In this document: piece by piece, positions 50,757 through 62,191 of the stretch
Position numbering within the stretch: the first letter of the stretch is position 1
How the letters are laid out: each line of letters opens with the position of its first letter
Virus record (IMG/VR): IMGVR_UViG_3300034816_000006
Coordinates: 1 to 64,000 of that record
Reading direction: 5' to 3' (one strand)
DNA: 64,000 bases
Source of the DNA: a virus
Program-made: the position numbers and the translations under genes
Notes under the pieces: generated by a model
What the model saw: only the letters and a program-made list of their open reading frames with translations
What the model was told of the DNA's origin: nothing
The model's database searches: none

Positions 50757-51933
50757 CCTCTTACCTTTCGCACCGCACCAGCAGTGTTGCAAGCATCAAC
50801 TCGTCGATCCTCGGCGTCGTCACGCGCCCCATCGGGACCAGCGAGAACTCGAGCTCGGGCAACTCGCCGGTCGCCGACGGCACGGTGCAGTCGCTGACGT
50901 CGATCTCCCACTGGTACTCGTCGCCGAAGTGGTCCACCCAGACCTGTTGCGTGCGACCGTCGGGCCGGGTGATCCAGACGGCGCGGGGGAGGCGGGTCAT
51001 GAGCGCTCGGGTGGCTTCGTCTCGAACCACGCGGCCAGCGCCTCGAGTTCACGAGCCGCTTCGCGCATCTCAGCCGGTGTGCGCAGGAGGCCGTGCATGA
51101 CGACGCCCGTGTGGCTGCCGATCGAGAACGCGCCGGGCGTCTTCACTGCGAGCTTCTTGGTCTGCGGCTCGCGTCTCTGCCATTCAGCGAATGCCACGGC
51201 CCGGGCCCTCGCCGCTACGTCGTCCGGCGTCTCGGCGCGTAGGTCATCGCTGTTCGCTCGCTCGTCTGCGTCTTCACCGTCGAAGCGCACCAGGGGAAAC
51301 TTGGGCGCCGGCTTGACGACGATTCCGCCCTTGCCGCGCTTGAAGCAGTCGAGGCCGATCACGCGGTCTCCCTTGGAGAACTTGGTTGGCTTGGCCACAG
51401 CTACTTCCCCTCCTCGCGGGCGTTGATGGCGGCGTCGATGCGGGCACGTAGTGCGGTCAGTCCGTCCGAGTCAACGCGGGGATCGCCGACCGGATACCGC
51501 ATACAGGCGTTGCAGCGATCGAGCAACAGTTCCAGCGCGCGAATCTCTTCGACGACCTGAGTGCGCAGCTTCACCACCATGTCTGGCGTCAGCGTCTCGA
51601 CGGTTACCATCAGCGCACCGCCTGGGCGACAACCTGCCACTGCCGATCCGTGAGATCACGCAGCGCACGCGAGAGTGGGCTGTCGGCGGACGTGATCCGA
51701 TTCTGCAGTTCAGCCGAGTAGATGCAGCTCAGCCTGCTATCATCGACGAGCACCTGGTCCAGTTCGAGCGCGTAGATGCGTCGCTCGCCATCTTGGGTCG
51801 TCAGCGTGACGCGGCCGGTCTTGGCGACCGTAGCGGTGGCGCCGAGTGACCTGATCTGGCGAAGCATGTACGCGGTGCCAGCGGTGAACTGGCCATCCTG
51901 CAGGCCGAACACAGTGACGGTCTTGGTTGCCAT

Positions 51934-52081
51934 GTTGCTCCTATAGTACGTCCATTTTCATAGAACGCAAGCCTCCCGCTGCGTAGATGCGGTTCACGCA
52001 GTCCGGATGCGGCGCGTCAAGGCGTTGAGTCTCACGCAGAGAGGGCTGGACATCGGCGCGGAGTGGTCGTACTATATCAAT
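51934..52081. promoter_or_regulatory. Divergent sigma70-like promoters
   Basis: Minus: TTGCGT-16-TACTAT before ATG 51933; plus: TGGACA-17-TACTAT-6-GTG 52082. Confidence 0.65.
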
Positions 52082-52493
52082 GTGAAGACGCTGAATGATC
52101 CTAGGCTCTCCCTCGCGACCGCAGCCATCCGGGCTGCGTATGCCCACAACGTGCTCGACGAGGCAGATCGGCTGGAGTTTATCGCATCGATTGGGTCGGA
52201 TGACCTATCCGACGCAGAGGCGTGGTCACGTCTTGTGATCCACGATCTATCGGCGCGCTGCCGATCGTTCACGCCCGCCGTGCTCGCGAACCTTATCGCC
52301 CTCTGCGCGGCATGTGATGCGGTCCGGTCATGACAAAGGACAGGACCCTTTCCGAAGTTCTGCACAGCCTTGGGTATGACCACGTTGCCGGCCGCATACA
52401 TGGCAAGAAGTCGATTCGGCGGGGCGGCCTTGAGGTAGCCCACCTAACCGCCGACGAGGCGTGGATATGGCTGCGTCAGACTGGGCAGGTGCC

Positions 52494-52682
52494 ATGACCC
52501 GCGGTGGCCCTCGCCCCGGCGCCGGCAAGCCGCCCAAGTACGGGATGACGATGCGCGAGCGCTGGGAACTGAAGCTCACCGAGGCAGACGCAGCGGAGAT
52601 CCAGGCGGCGATCCCGGACGGCTACCCGCGCGGCAGGTGGGTGGTAGAGGCCGCCCTGGCGAGGGCAAGGAGGGGAGGGTGA
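52494..52682 (+). CDS. RHH-like regulator with GGPRPGAGKPP arm
   Basis: Same motif class as 15980..16204. Confidence 0.6.
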   Translation: MTRGGPRPGAGKPPKYGMTMRERWELKLTEADAAEIQAAIPDGYPRGRWVVEAALARARRGG

Positions 52683-53130
52683 GCGGGATGCTGACACCCG
52701 AGGAAATCGCCGCGCTTCGCTGCTGTCGTCTTGCCGGTCCGCGGCACGAACTGGCGATTGCCCGAGCGGCCATCGATCGGCTGTGCAGAGAAGCACATGC
52801 CGCCATTACCACGACGGTGCCGCAGTCCGTTCGCGCTCGGCGCAGCGACGAGACCTGGTTAGGATGGGCGATCCATGTTGCCCACGAACGCGGGTTCGCC
52901 GACGAGGACGCGGTGCGCGACGTGTACACGACAAACCTGCTAGCTGGTGCGACCGAGCGTGACAGTGCGCATCGGGCGCTGATCGCGACCGCTGTTGTCT
53001 CTGGTCTGTCGTTGGGTCGCGCCACCTGACCGCACCTGCGACACCTATGCACCTGCACTAGGTATGCAAGTGTGCGTCCGGACCTCGTATCGCCCATGTC
53101 ATGGCGGCGTGGCAGAGTCTGCTGCACCAC

Positions 53131-53481
53131 ATGAGCATCAGCGTGCCCAAGGGCTTCTCCGTCTCGCTCCCCGTGAACATCACTGACGGTCCGGTTCCGA
53201 ACCCCGACACGTCGACGCCGCTGACGAACGTCAAGAGCGATGACCCGTGGATCCGGGTGGTCTACCCCGATCCGACGCCAGGCGTGACGAATCCTGCTCG
53301 TTCGATCCGGGTCGACGCGCTCGGCAATCCGGGTCAGGGCACCAACGTGCATGCGACGTTCGTGTCGCCGCTCGACGGCGCGATCCGCAACATGTCGGAC
53401 ACCGCGACCATCACGGCGCCGCCGAACAACGGGACGGCGAGCTTCGGCACGCCGAGCGCACCGTTTCTCACCCCACCGTGA
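53131..53481 (+). CDS. Ig-like beta-rich hypothetical protein
   Basis: Pro/Thr/Val-rich ORF. Confidence 0.5.
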   Translation: MSISVPKGFSVSLPVNITDGPVPNPDTSTPLTNVKSDDPWIRVVYPDPTPGVTNPARSIRVDALGNPGQGTNVHATFVSPLDGAIRNMSDTATITAPPNNGTASFGTPSAPFLTPP

Positions 53482-53485
53482 CGCG

Positions 53486-53836
53486 ATGGCCGCAACGATC
53501 GACCCATCGGCTTCGAGGCGCGAGTTGCTGGTGCAACTCCTGCTGACCGTCGACGCCAATCACGCAACCATCCTCGAAAGGCTACAGACCATGGACCAGA
53601 GAATTCAGACCGTTATCGACGGCGAGGCAGCCGAACGCGCCCAGATCGAGCTCCTGATCGCCGCGTTCCAGGCGCAGGCTCCGTTACTCGCGTCGCTGCA
53701 GCAGCAGATCGCCGACCTCCGCGCCAATGGCTTCCTGACGGACGAGCAGGCCGGCGCACTGGCTGCGACCGCCGCGAACATGGCGGCCGAAGCGTCGAAG
53801 GTGTCGACTGTGCTGACCCCACCGCCCGCGCCGTGA
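53486..53836 (+). CDS. Coiled-coil hypothetical protein
   Basis: Ala/Gln-rich helical ORF. Confidence 0.5.
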   Translation: MAATIDPSASRRELLVQLLLTVDANHATILERLQTMDQRIQTVIDGEAAERAQIELLIAAFQAQAPLLASLQQQIADLRANGFLTDEQAGALAATAANMAAEASKVSTVLTPPPAP

Positions 53837-54533
53837 AGCGCCAAGACGTCGCCGTCGGCATGCTGGTCCTGCTCGCGATCGGCGCTGCGGTGATGTTGGT
53901 GGTCGCGCAGATCTGGGTTGCGATCGGCGGGTGAGGCTGCGAGACTGGCCGACGATGAGCCGGTCCGTCACCCCGCGTCAACTACGAGAGCGCATCGCCC
54001 GTGCCGTTGATGAGCGGCAAGTCGATCCGTGTCTGGACGAGTTCTATGACGACGGCAGGACGTGCGACGGTCAGAACTGCGACCTGTGCAACCCGGGCTT
54101 CTACGAGGAGCAGGCGATCCAACGACGGATGGCAGTCGAGGTGCCGAAGTTCTCGGTCGCTGATCGCGTGCTGGCACAGGCCGGCATTCTGATCGTTCTC
54201 GCTGCTTAGCGCTTCGGCGCTGCGATCCGCAGCTCCTCGAGCACGTGAGCGATCCGCCACGGCCTTAGTTCGCGCGTCGGCCGCTCGAGCAGCTCGCAGT
54301 CCACGGCGGCGATCGCCGGCCCGCGGCAGGTCACGATGACGCAGACGGCCGCCCTCACGGAATCACCGGCAGCTTCGTCGTAACCGCCATGCTCGCGGTG
54401 TTGCGCGGGTAGCGGCGCCTGGGCTCGGGCATCGACGGGGCAACGGTCCAGGTCCAGTTGGTCGGCAGGGGCTGCGTCGTGGTCATGCCTATAGGTTCGG
54501 TCGCGGCGTGGCGGTTGACAGGTAGCGATCGGG

Positions 54534-54610
54534 TTGCAGGTGCGGGTGTGGCACTGGTGCGGTACTGTTGCAGGTGTGGTTCGACCGCATGCGCAATCAG
54601 CTTGCAGGTG
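54534..54610 (+). repeat. Three TTGCAGGTG direct repeats with 34-bp period
   Basis: Starts at 54534, 54568, 54602 in non-coding divergent gap. Confidence 0.7.
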
Positions 54611-54684
54611 CCCTACTACAGTGCGACACCTTCATCGGTGTTGCGACACCCGGTCCGGATTGGTAGGGTCGTCTTGCACTGGCA

Positions 54685-55359
54685 GTGAGTACCGAAGCTG
54701 TAGCCGTCGCAACGACAGCGCCTGATCCGGCGCGGATGAGCTACGAGGAGAAGAAGTCGCAGGGCTGGTGCACACGGCGCTGGTGCCGCACGCCCGCATC
54801 GCTGGCGGATGACTCTCAGTTGTGCCAGCGCCATCTCAAGCGCAAGCGTGAGCAGGATGCCGCGTCCGCTGCCCGGCGCCGTGCTGCACGAGAGGCGGAT
54901 GGCCTGTGTGTGTGGTGCCCTGCCGCCAAGCCGAGGCCCGCAACGCAGGGCTCCACGGCGTGCCTGCCGTGCCGCATCAAGCGGAACCGCCTCAAGATTG
55001 AGGATGGTGTCGGCACCCGACTAGGGCACCAGGACCGCGCCGCTGCGATCGCTGCAGCTACCCGCAAAGATCCGGACGGCCGGACTCGCTACCACGGCCA
55101 GGGTCGTCGTGGCCAGCAGACCTACGCGACGCTTAACGCGCAGGACCTCCGCCTAGCGAAGACACGATGGGAGCCGTTCAGCGCGGGCGTAACGATCATG
55201 GACACCGAGGAATTCAAGGCGCTACATCGCGGAGAGCGCGAGGAGGTCAAGAAGGCCATCTGCCGCGTCGGCAATCTGCTCTCCGGCCACATCGACGACA
55301 TCCTGGAGCGACTCGGGCACTTTCAGACGCGGCACGGCCGCAGAGACGAGGACAAGTGA
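54685..55359 (+). CDS. Multi-CxxC zinc-finger protein
   Basis: GWCTRRWC, LCQRH, GLCVWC, ACLPC; TTGCGA-17-TAGGGT promoter upstream. Confidence 0.65.
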   Translation: MSTEAVAVATTAPDPARMSYEEKKSQGWCTRRWCRTPASLADDSQLCQRHLKRKREQDAASAARRRAAREADGLCVWCPAAKPRPATQGSTACLPCRIKRNRLKIEDGVGTRLGHQDRAAAIAAATRKDPDGRTRYHGQGRRGQQTYATLNAQDLRLAKTRWEPFSAGVTIMDTEEFKALHRGEREEVKKAICRVGNLLSGHIDDILERLGHFQTRHGRRDEDK

Positions 55360-56171
55360 GCGAAGACAAACGCACGTGGACCAAGCTGCGGATCGCCACC
55401 GACGGCTACCCGGGCGGTAAGACGAAGATCGAAGCCGTGGATCCGGACGGCGCAACGATGATGCTCGACCTCGTCGATGACATCGAGTTCAGGTTCCTCG
55501 CCGACCGACCGGCCAAGTTCCGGCTTGGATTCTGCTTTGGCAACGATCTCGAGATCGAGGTCCCGGCGAAGGGCAATGCCCTCGCACGCATCATCGATCG
55601 CAGCAGTGCATGGGAGAGGCTGCATCGTGCTGTTCGGAACGTCCCCGACGACGGGATCGTCGGTGGTGCACCGGACTGGCTGGTCGAGCTGTATCGCGCC
55701 GCATCTGCCGCATCCATCCCGGAGGTGGATAAGTGACGCACTGGTATGGATGGCTGGGGCTTGGCTTCTTCGCCGGGTCGGCCATGGTCGACGGCGCTCG
55801 GCTCGTTCGGGCGGCCTGGCGGGATCCGCCGACCGGGGCCTACTCGAGGGAGAACTGGGGTCCGCTCTGGGTCGCAGCCTGGGTGACGCTCGCGGTCGCG
55901 ATGGTGCTGGCGTGAGCGTCGACTATCGCCGCCTCGCCTCATCGCTGGCCTGGACCGCACTGTTGTGGTGCGTGTACTTCGCCGTGATCTACGGCGTCTT
56001 CTTCGGCGCGCGGTGGATCGACATGACTGCCTACAACCGTGGATTCACGGTCGGCATCGCGTGCTCGTTCATCGGATCAATCGCTTGGGACCTGACCAAG
56101 CGCGCGTTCCGCCCGTACCGGCGGTCGACGATGATGTGTCGGCAGCGGCTCGGCAACGAGGACTGCGACTG

Positions 56172-56458
56172 ATGGCCCGCGTCGGCTCCAAGCCCAAGCA
56201 CCCTGCGTCTGGTGTCCGCGCTGGGCCGTCAAGGACCACACCCTGTGCAGGCGGTGCCGCGATCGCAGTGTCGAGTATCAGCGTGCACTGCTCGCCCGAC
56301 GTCGCGCGGTTCGCCTCTGCCGCGAGTGCGGCCTTAACCTCGACACGGACGGCTCGCGGTGCAAGGAGTGCAGGCGCCTGCGGAAGCTGCGGCCGTCGAG
56401 ACAGAATGTGTATCGGCGCAGGAACGAGCGCGGGTACGCGGATAGGAGTACGAGATGA
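56172..56458 (+). pseudogene. Frameshifted CxxC zinc-finger gene
   Basis: ATG 56172 gives MARVGSKPKHP; Cys-rich continuation (CVWC, CRRC, CREC, CKEC) is in the -1 frame, has no own start and ends in ATGA overlap with next gene. Confidence 0.6.
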
Positions 56459-57420
56459 GCGACGTCAGTGTACTCAGGAAGTTAGGCATCCTCGCCGGCA
56501 GGGATGTTGCGTGCGAAGCATCTCGCGCTGTCCTGGCCAAGGCCCTCAAGGATCCAGCACACGCCCCAACCAGCGTGCTGATCGCATACCTGAATCCGGT
56601 AGTGCTCGCCGCCGCGATCCCGCTCGATGCGGATGACGACTTCGAGGACAGGGCGATCGGCGTGCTGGCCACAGAGATTGACCGGAGGATCCCGGCCCAG
56701 CCGGAGGTAATGCGATGAGTGAGATCTGCATCTGTGGGCCAGACAACGAGCCGCATATGCTGCGCTGTCCAGTGCGGCAGCGTGAACTCGCGGCAGACAA
56801 GCAGCGCGCCAGGACCGGCTATGCCGTCGACATGGGCCACTCGCACGTCGTGTACACGGACTCGCCGCAGCGCGCAGCCATCCTCTCCGCGCTCACCTCG
56901 CCCGAAGGCCGCGCCGCGATCCTCGCCGTGCTCGAGACCAAGGAGGCGCAGGAGAAGATCGTCGAGGCGGTCAAGCGGCACGAGGGCAGGGGGAAGCGAT
57001 GAGCTTTACGCAGGACGAATGCCGGACACTGGTCGCCGGGTTCGCGGCGGCCTACAACGCAAGCCAGATCACGAACGGCCAGTACAGAGAACTGGTCGAG
57101 TTGATCAGGCGCGAGACGGTGTTCCGGGACGCTGAGCCACGACCCCGTGCCGGCCCGGTGACCGCAGCCTTCCTGCACACAATCGAGCAGGAATTCGGCT
57201 GGCCGTTCATCGTCTCGCACTGGACGCGACACACGACAGCCGAGGCCAAGGCAGCGGACCGCGAGGAATGGCTGATCGATGTCGCACGCAAGTTGCATCA
57301 GCGTTCGTTGCCGACGGAATCAACGCCTGCTGTCGATCTGGCGCTGCCCGAGCGTCTAGCCAAGCTCGAGCAACGCATGCGCGATCTGGAGTGCTCCAGC
57401 ACGTCCAAGGACGAACGCTG

Positions 57421-57951
57421 ATGAGCGCCGACGGCCGCGGCAAGAAGGCCGCCATCCGCCCGCGCCGCGCCAACGGAACGCTCGCCCCGGACGATGCTTC
57501 ACCCGAGGAACTCGCCGCACCTGACGATCGACCGTGGCAGTTCAAGAAGGGCGTGAGCGGCAACCCGGGGGGAAAGCCTAAGCTGCCCAAGATCCTGCGC
57601 GACCTGATCGGCGAGCTCACGAACAGCGGCGCCGACCTCGTGACCTGGATGAACAACGTCCGCACTGGCGTCGAGGACGGCATGAAAGACGACGCGCGCG
57701 TGCGCCTGGCCGCCGGCGAGTGGATGTGCGACCACTTCTTCGGCAAGGCCAAGCATACTGTTGCGCTGACCGATGGCGTGCCGGTCGAACCCTCGCCGCC
57801 TGTTCCGCTCGATGCGCTACTGCAGGTTCTCGACGACAAGGACCGCTCTGACCTCGAACGAATCCTGGTCAACTTCGAGATGGCGAAGCGCGACGGGCGT
57901 CTTGCGCTACCCGAGCCCGCACCGGACGTCGAGGACGCCGAAGTGCAGTGA
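57421..57951 (+). CDS. Terminase small subunit (DUF5681-like)
   Basis: PWQFKKGVSGNPGGKPK directly before TerL. Confidence 0.8.
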   Translation: MSADGRGKKAAIRPRRANGTLAPDDASPEELAAPDDRPWQFKKGVSGNPGGKPKLPKILRDLIGELTNSGADLVTWMNNVRTGVEDGMKDDARVRLAAGEWMCDHFFGKAKHTVALTDGVPVEPSPPVPLDALLQVLDDKDRSDLERILVNFEMAKRDGRLALPEPAPDVEDAEVQ

Positions 57952-59738
57952 TGCTCCCCGCCGCGCGCATGCTCCTGACCGTCGTGCTGTGGCTACTGGC
58001 CGCCGCGGCTCGCGTTCCACTCGATCCGCTGCCGGCTGCTCAGGCTGCGATCGCCGGCGCGACTGTGCCGCAGGAGCTTCTGATCCTGCTCGGTCACAGC
58101 CGCGAGGCGCGCATGCGGCTGGTCAAACAGCGGTGCGAGGCGTGCTTCCTGGACTTCGTCGAGTTGATGTGGCCGGTCGTGGACCCAGGCCAGCCGTTCG
58201 TGCGTGGCAAGGTGCAGGAAGCGATCGCACTCCATCTCGAGGCAGTGCACTATGGCAAGATCAAGAATCTGCTGGCGCTGGTGCCGCCCGGCAGCACGAA
58301 GACGTACCTGACGAATGTTTTCCTTCCAGCCTGGGAATGGGGGCCGCGGAGCCGCCCTGACCTGCGCTACATGTCGTGGTCCTACTCGCCGGACCTGACC
58401 CAGAAGGCGAATGAGGACTGTCGCAAAATCATCAAGCATCACCTGTACCAACGCTTCTGGGGCGATCGCTTCCAGCTGGAGAAAGATGCCGACGCCAAGT
58501 CCTACTACGCCAACAGCAAGGGCGGATGGCGTCGCTCGAGTTCGGTGCGCGGTGCGGCGACTGGGTTCCGCGCGGACCGCCTGATCTGGGATGACCCGCA
58601 CAACGTCAAGGAGGCCGATCGCGAGGCCGAGTTGATCGAGGCGACGCGCTGGTTCGCGCGCACGCTGCCGACTCGCGTTCGGAACATGAGCGGCGAGGTC
58701 AAGGTGCGCGTCCCGTTCTGGGTCCGCGATTGCCACGGCGACCTGCCCGACGATCCCGACGACCCGCGCCCGGTGACGGCATCGGCGACGATCGGCATCA
58801 TGCAGCGCGTGCACCTGCACGACTGCGCTGGTCTCGTGCTGCGGAACCCCGCGCTCGGTTACGAGATCCTGCTCATCGAGATGCGCTACAAGGGTGACGC
58901 ACACCCGGCTCGCAAGCTGCCGACGTGGCCCGGTTCGTCGATCGGCTACCACGACTGGCGCACGATAGTCGGCGATCTCGCTGACCCGGTTCGCTTCCCC
59001 GAGGCTGAGGTCTCCAAGCTCGAGGCGCAGCTCTCGCTCACTGGCGGCACCGACGCGATCGCGGCCCAGCTCGACCAATGGCCCATGCAGGAGGGCGGCG
59101 CATTGTTCAGTGGCGAGCAGATGCTTGTTGACGGCCTTCCCGTCGAGCCTGCCATGGTTCCGTCCGGCCCCGATCGCCGTGGCTGGGACTTCGCTGGCAG
59201 CACGGCGAAGAAGGCTGACCAGACCGCAGACGCGCGCGTGCGCCGCGGTGGCGACAAGGTGTTCTACCTGATGGACCACGACGCGATCCGGGGCGGGCCC
59301 GGCGCAGTGGACGACCATGTCCGCGCTAAGCACGTCAACGATCCGCGCGACGTGCACTGGTCGATCCCGCGCGACCCCGGCAGCGCTGGCATCCACTTCG
59401 CGGCCTACGTGATCCGAGAGCTTACGCCCGGTCGGTACGTGGCCGACACGCCAGAGACCGGCAGCAAGGTCACACGCGCCAAGCCGGTCGCCGGTCAGTG
59501 CGCGATCAACAACTTCAAGATCGTGCGTCACCCGAACTGGGAACGCGCCCGTGATCAGCTCGTGGACTTCCCGTATGGCGACCACGACGACATCGTTGAC
59601 GCGATCAGCCGGGCGTTCAGCGCGCATGTCGATCTGCCCGCGGTGGCCGAAGATCACGGCGGCTACTCCGGTACCGCTGACGAGCCGCAACCCGTGGTCT
59701 CGACGAGCGAATCGCCCCTAAATGATTGGTGCGCGTAG
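57948..59738 (+). CDS. Terminase large subunit
   Basis: PPGSTKT, LIWDDPH, IMQRVH, RGWDFA, FPYGDHDDIVDA. Confidence 0.95.
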   Translation: MMLPAARMLLTVVLWLLAAAARVPLDPLPAAQAAIAGATVPQELLILLGHSREARMRLVKQRCEACFLDFVELMWPVVDPGQPFVRGKVQEAIALHLEAVHYGKIKNLLALVPPGSTKTYLTNVFLPAWEWGPRSRPDLRYMSWSYSPDLTQKANEDCRKIIKHHLYQRFWGDRFQLEKDADAKSYYANSKGGWRRSSSVRGAATGFRADRLIWDDPHNVKEADREAELIEATRWFARTLPTRVRNMSGEVKVRVPFWVRDCHGDLPDDPDDPRPVTASATIGIMQRVHLHDCAGLVLRNPALGYEILLIEMRYKGDAHPARKLPTWPGSSIGYHDWRTIVGDLADPVRFPEAEVSKLEAQLSLTGGTDAIAAQLDQWPMQEGGALFSGEQMLVDGLPVEPAMVPSGPDRRGWDFAGSTAKKADQTADARVRRGGDKVFYLMDHDAIRGGPGAVDDHVRAKHVNDPRDVHWSIPRDPGSAGIHFAAYVIRELTPGRYVADTPETGSKVTRAKPVAGQCAINNFKIVRHPNWERARDQLVDFPYGDHDDIVDAISRAFSAHVDLPAVAEDHGGYSGTADEPQPVVSTSESPLNDWCA

Positions 59739-59747
59739 CGTCAACTC

Positions 59748-61208
59748 GTGGGCTTCTTCGGTAGCATCGGCAAGGCGTTCGCTAATGCGTTCGGCTTCGG
59801 CCCGCAGCCCAACGTTCCGCTCGACCAGTTCCACGGCGGCGACGGCGTCCAGGCCTACGGCGGGTTTCTGCCCACGGACGAGCATCGCCCGGAGCTGATC
59901 GGCCAGAAGAAGTGGGTCACGTACGCGAACGCGTACAACACCGCGGTCATCGCGACTGGCCTTCGCTACCGGGCCGGCCTGCTCGGTGGCGCGAAGTGGC
60001 ACGCCGAACCGAATCCCCGTGGCGGCCCCGATGCGATGCGTGGCGTAGACATCATCCAGCAGGGCCTCATCGACGCGCAGATGCCGCGCTCGTGGCAGGC
60101 CACGGTGCGCAAGGCGTCGCTGTACACGTTCAGCGGATTCTCGCTGCATGAGTGGGCCATCAAGCGTCGCGTCGACGACGGCATGATCGTGTTCGCCGAG
60201 CTCGCGCACCGGCCACAGCACACGATCGACCGCTGGAACAAGCCGAGCGAGCAGGCCCCGTGGGACGCGGTGCACCAGCTGACACGCATGGGGAACAGCT
60301 TCGTCATCCCGCGCGAGCGCCTGTTCTACTGCTGGGATGACCTACTCACGGACATGCCCGACGGCATGGGTCTCATGCGCCACGTCATCGAACTGGTGCG
60401 GCGGCTCAACGTGCTTGAGGGCCTCGAGGGATTGGGCTTCGAGACAGATCTGCGTGGCATGCCGATCGGGCGCGCGCCGATCCGGGCGCTCATGGCCGAG
60501 GCAGAGCAGAAGTTTCCGAACGACGCGGCCAAGATCAACGCGTACGTTTCCGAGAAGACGCAGACGCTGCGGACCGCGCTCACCAACATCGTCAAGAGCC
60601 CCGAGAAGCTACAATATCTGCTCCTCGACAGCGGCACGTACCAAGGCGTCGATCCGAACACGATCACCAGCGTCCAGCGCTGGGCGCTCGAGCTCCTGCG
60701 CGGTGAGACCGGGGCACTGCCCGAGATCAACGCTGCGATCGGCAGGCTCCAGCTCGAGATCGCCCGGGTGCTCGGGATCGAGTTCGCGATGATGGGCGCC
60801 GGTACTTCGGGCAGCAGGGCCATGCACGGCGACAAGACCTCGATGCTCGCGATGTCGTTGCAGACGACCCTCGTCGAGATCGGCAAGTTCGGGACCAACG
60901 ACTTGTGCAGGCCGCTGATCGCGCTCAACGGCCTGGACCCCGATACGTGCACGCCGACGCTTGTTGCTGAGCCGATCGCGACCGACGACATCCAGGTGGT
61001 GGCCGCGGCGCTGCAGTCCCTTGGCGCGAGCGGCCTGCCGCCGGATCACCCGGCATGGCCGGTGCTGTTCGACCGGATGAGCCTGCCATGGGCGCCGCCG
61101 GGCGCTGGGCTGCTCGGGCCACTTCCGCGTCAGGGTCCACCGGATCCGGCAGCGGGTGAGCAGGACGTGCCGGTGGATGACCTCCAGCAACAGGACAAGG
61201 CGGCATGA
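59748..61208 (+). CDS. Portal protein (DUF935-like)
   Basis: Follows TerL; GFSLHE, HRPQHTI, PDGMGLMR, GSRA. Confidence 0.85.
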   Translation: MGFFGSIGKAFANAFGFGPQPNVPLDQFHGGDGVQAYGGFLPTDEHRPELIGQKKWVTYANAYNTAVIATGLRYRAGLLGGAKWHAEPNPRGGPDAMRGVDIIQQGLIDAQMPRSWQATVRKASLYTFSGFSLHEWAIKRRVDDGMIVFAELAHRPQHTIDRWNKPSEQAPWDAVHQLTRMGNSFVIPRERLFYCWDDLLTDMPDGMGLMRHVIELVRRLNVLEGLEGLGFETDLRGMPIGRAPIRALMAEAEQKFPNDAAKINAYVSEKTQTLRTALTNIVKSPEKLQYLLLDSGTYQGVDPNTITSVQRWALELLRGETGALPEINAAIGRLQLEIARVLGIEFAMMGAGTSGSRAMHGDKTSMLAMSLQTTLVEIGKFGTNDLCRPLIALNGLDPDTCTPTLVAEPIATDDIQVVAAALQSLGASGLPPDHPAWPVLFDRMSLPWAPPGAGLLGPLPRQGPPDPAAGEQDVPVDDLQQQDKAA

Positions 61209-61792
61209 GCCTGTTCACCGTCACCATCGGCGCGAACACCTACGAGGTCTACAGCGACGTCGCAGCGGCCACCGTGTACATCGCGGCCATCTTCGGCCCG
61301 CAGTCAGCGGCGTGGCTTGCGTTGAGCGCCGATTCCCAGGCCCAGACGCTGGTCAGCGCGACGCGCTATCTTGACGAGCAGCCGTGGGACGGGACGCGAA
61401 ACGGTACGGGCGGCACGACGCTCCAGTGGCCGCGGGATAACGTGACGGTCGACGGGACAGCTGTCGACGCGACCACCGTGCCGCCAGAGTTCCCGAAGGC
61501 GCTGGCAGAGCTCGCCGTGCTCATCGCCGCGGACCCGACGCTGCCGGGCAAGGCGGACCAGGGCTCGAACATCCAGGCCGCGAACGCGGGCGGCGGGACG
61601 GGCGTCACGTTCTTCTCGCCCTCGAGCGCCAGGACCGGGACGGCCACCGTGATGCCGGTCGTGGTGCAGCGGCTCGTGGGCAAGTACCTGGCCACCGCGG
61701 TCGCCAACGAGGGCGGCTACGCGGGCATCGGCAAGCCGTGCTCGTCGTTCGCCGCGGCGAACCAGTTCACGCTCGTGCACGGGGAGGAGTGA
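61205..61792 (+). CDS. Head-tail adaptor (DnaT-like phage family)
   Basis: YSDVAAA...LVSATRYLD...WDG...LQWPR. Confidence 0.75.
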   Translation: MSLFTVTIGANTYEVYSDVAAATVYIAAIFGPQSAAWLALSADSQAQTLVSATRYLDEQPWDGTRNGTGGTTLQWPRDNVTVDGTAVDATTVPPEFPKALAELAVLIAADPTLPGKADQGSNIQAANAGGGTGVTFFSPSSARTGTATVMPVVVQRLVGKYLATAVANEGGYAGIGKPCSSFAAANQFTLVHGEE

Positions 61793-61795
61793 CGC

Positions 61796-62188
61796 ATGGG
61801 ATTCCTCGACGGCGACATCGCGAACCTGGTCGGTAACGCGCTGATCGGCGCAGGCATGAGCAAGCCCGCGACTCTAATCAAGATTTCTCCCGGCACGCGT
61901 GCGCCCGGTGCGATCAGCGCGGGTACCAATCCGATCGCGACTAGTTACGAGGTCCAGGCGATCCCGGCGAGCGTCACGCAGCTACGCGTCGACGGCTCAC
62001 TGATCGCTGGCGTGAACCGCGTGATCAAGATCTTCGGCTCGACGTTGCCGGCCGGCATCACGCCGCGACCAGGCGACAAGATCACGTTGGACGGCGTGAC
62101 GTCGGTGATCGTCGGCGACGCGGGTGGCAGTAGCGCGGTGACGGTGGACGCAGCTGGTGCCATGTTCACGACTCAGTGCAGGACCTGA
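61796..62188 (+). CDS. Putative head closure protein
   Basis: Position after adaptor; PRPGDKITLDG. Confidence 0.6.
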   Translation: MGFLDGDIANLVGNALIGAGMSKPATLIKISPGTRAPGAISAGTNPIATSYEVQAIPASVTQLRVDGSLIAGVNRVIKIFGSTLPAGITPRPGDKITLDGVTSVIVGDAGGSSAVTVDAAGAMFTTQCRT

Positions 62189-62191
62189 CCC

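Noticed and set aside
54534-54610. Possible mini-CRISPR array
   Set aside because: Repeat is only 9 bp with 25-bp gaps; no cas genes
57993-59690. 565-aa minus-strand ORF
   Set aside because: Antisense shadow of TerL
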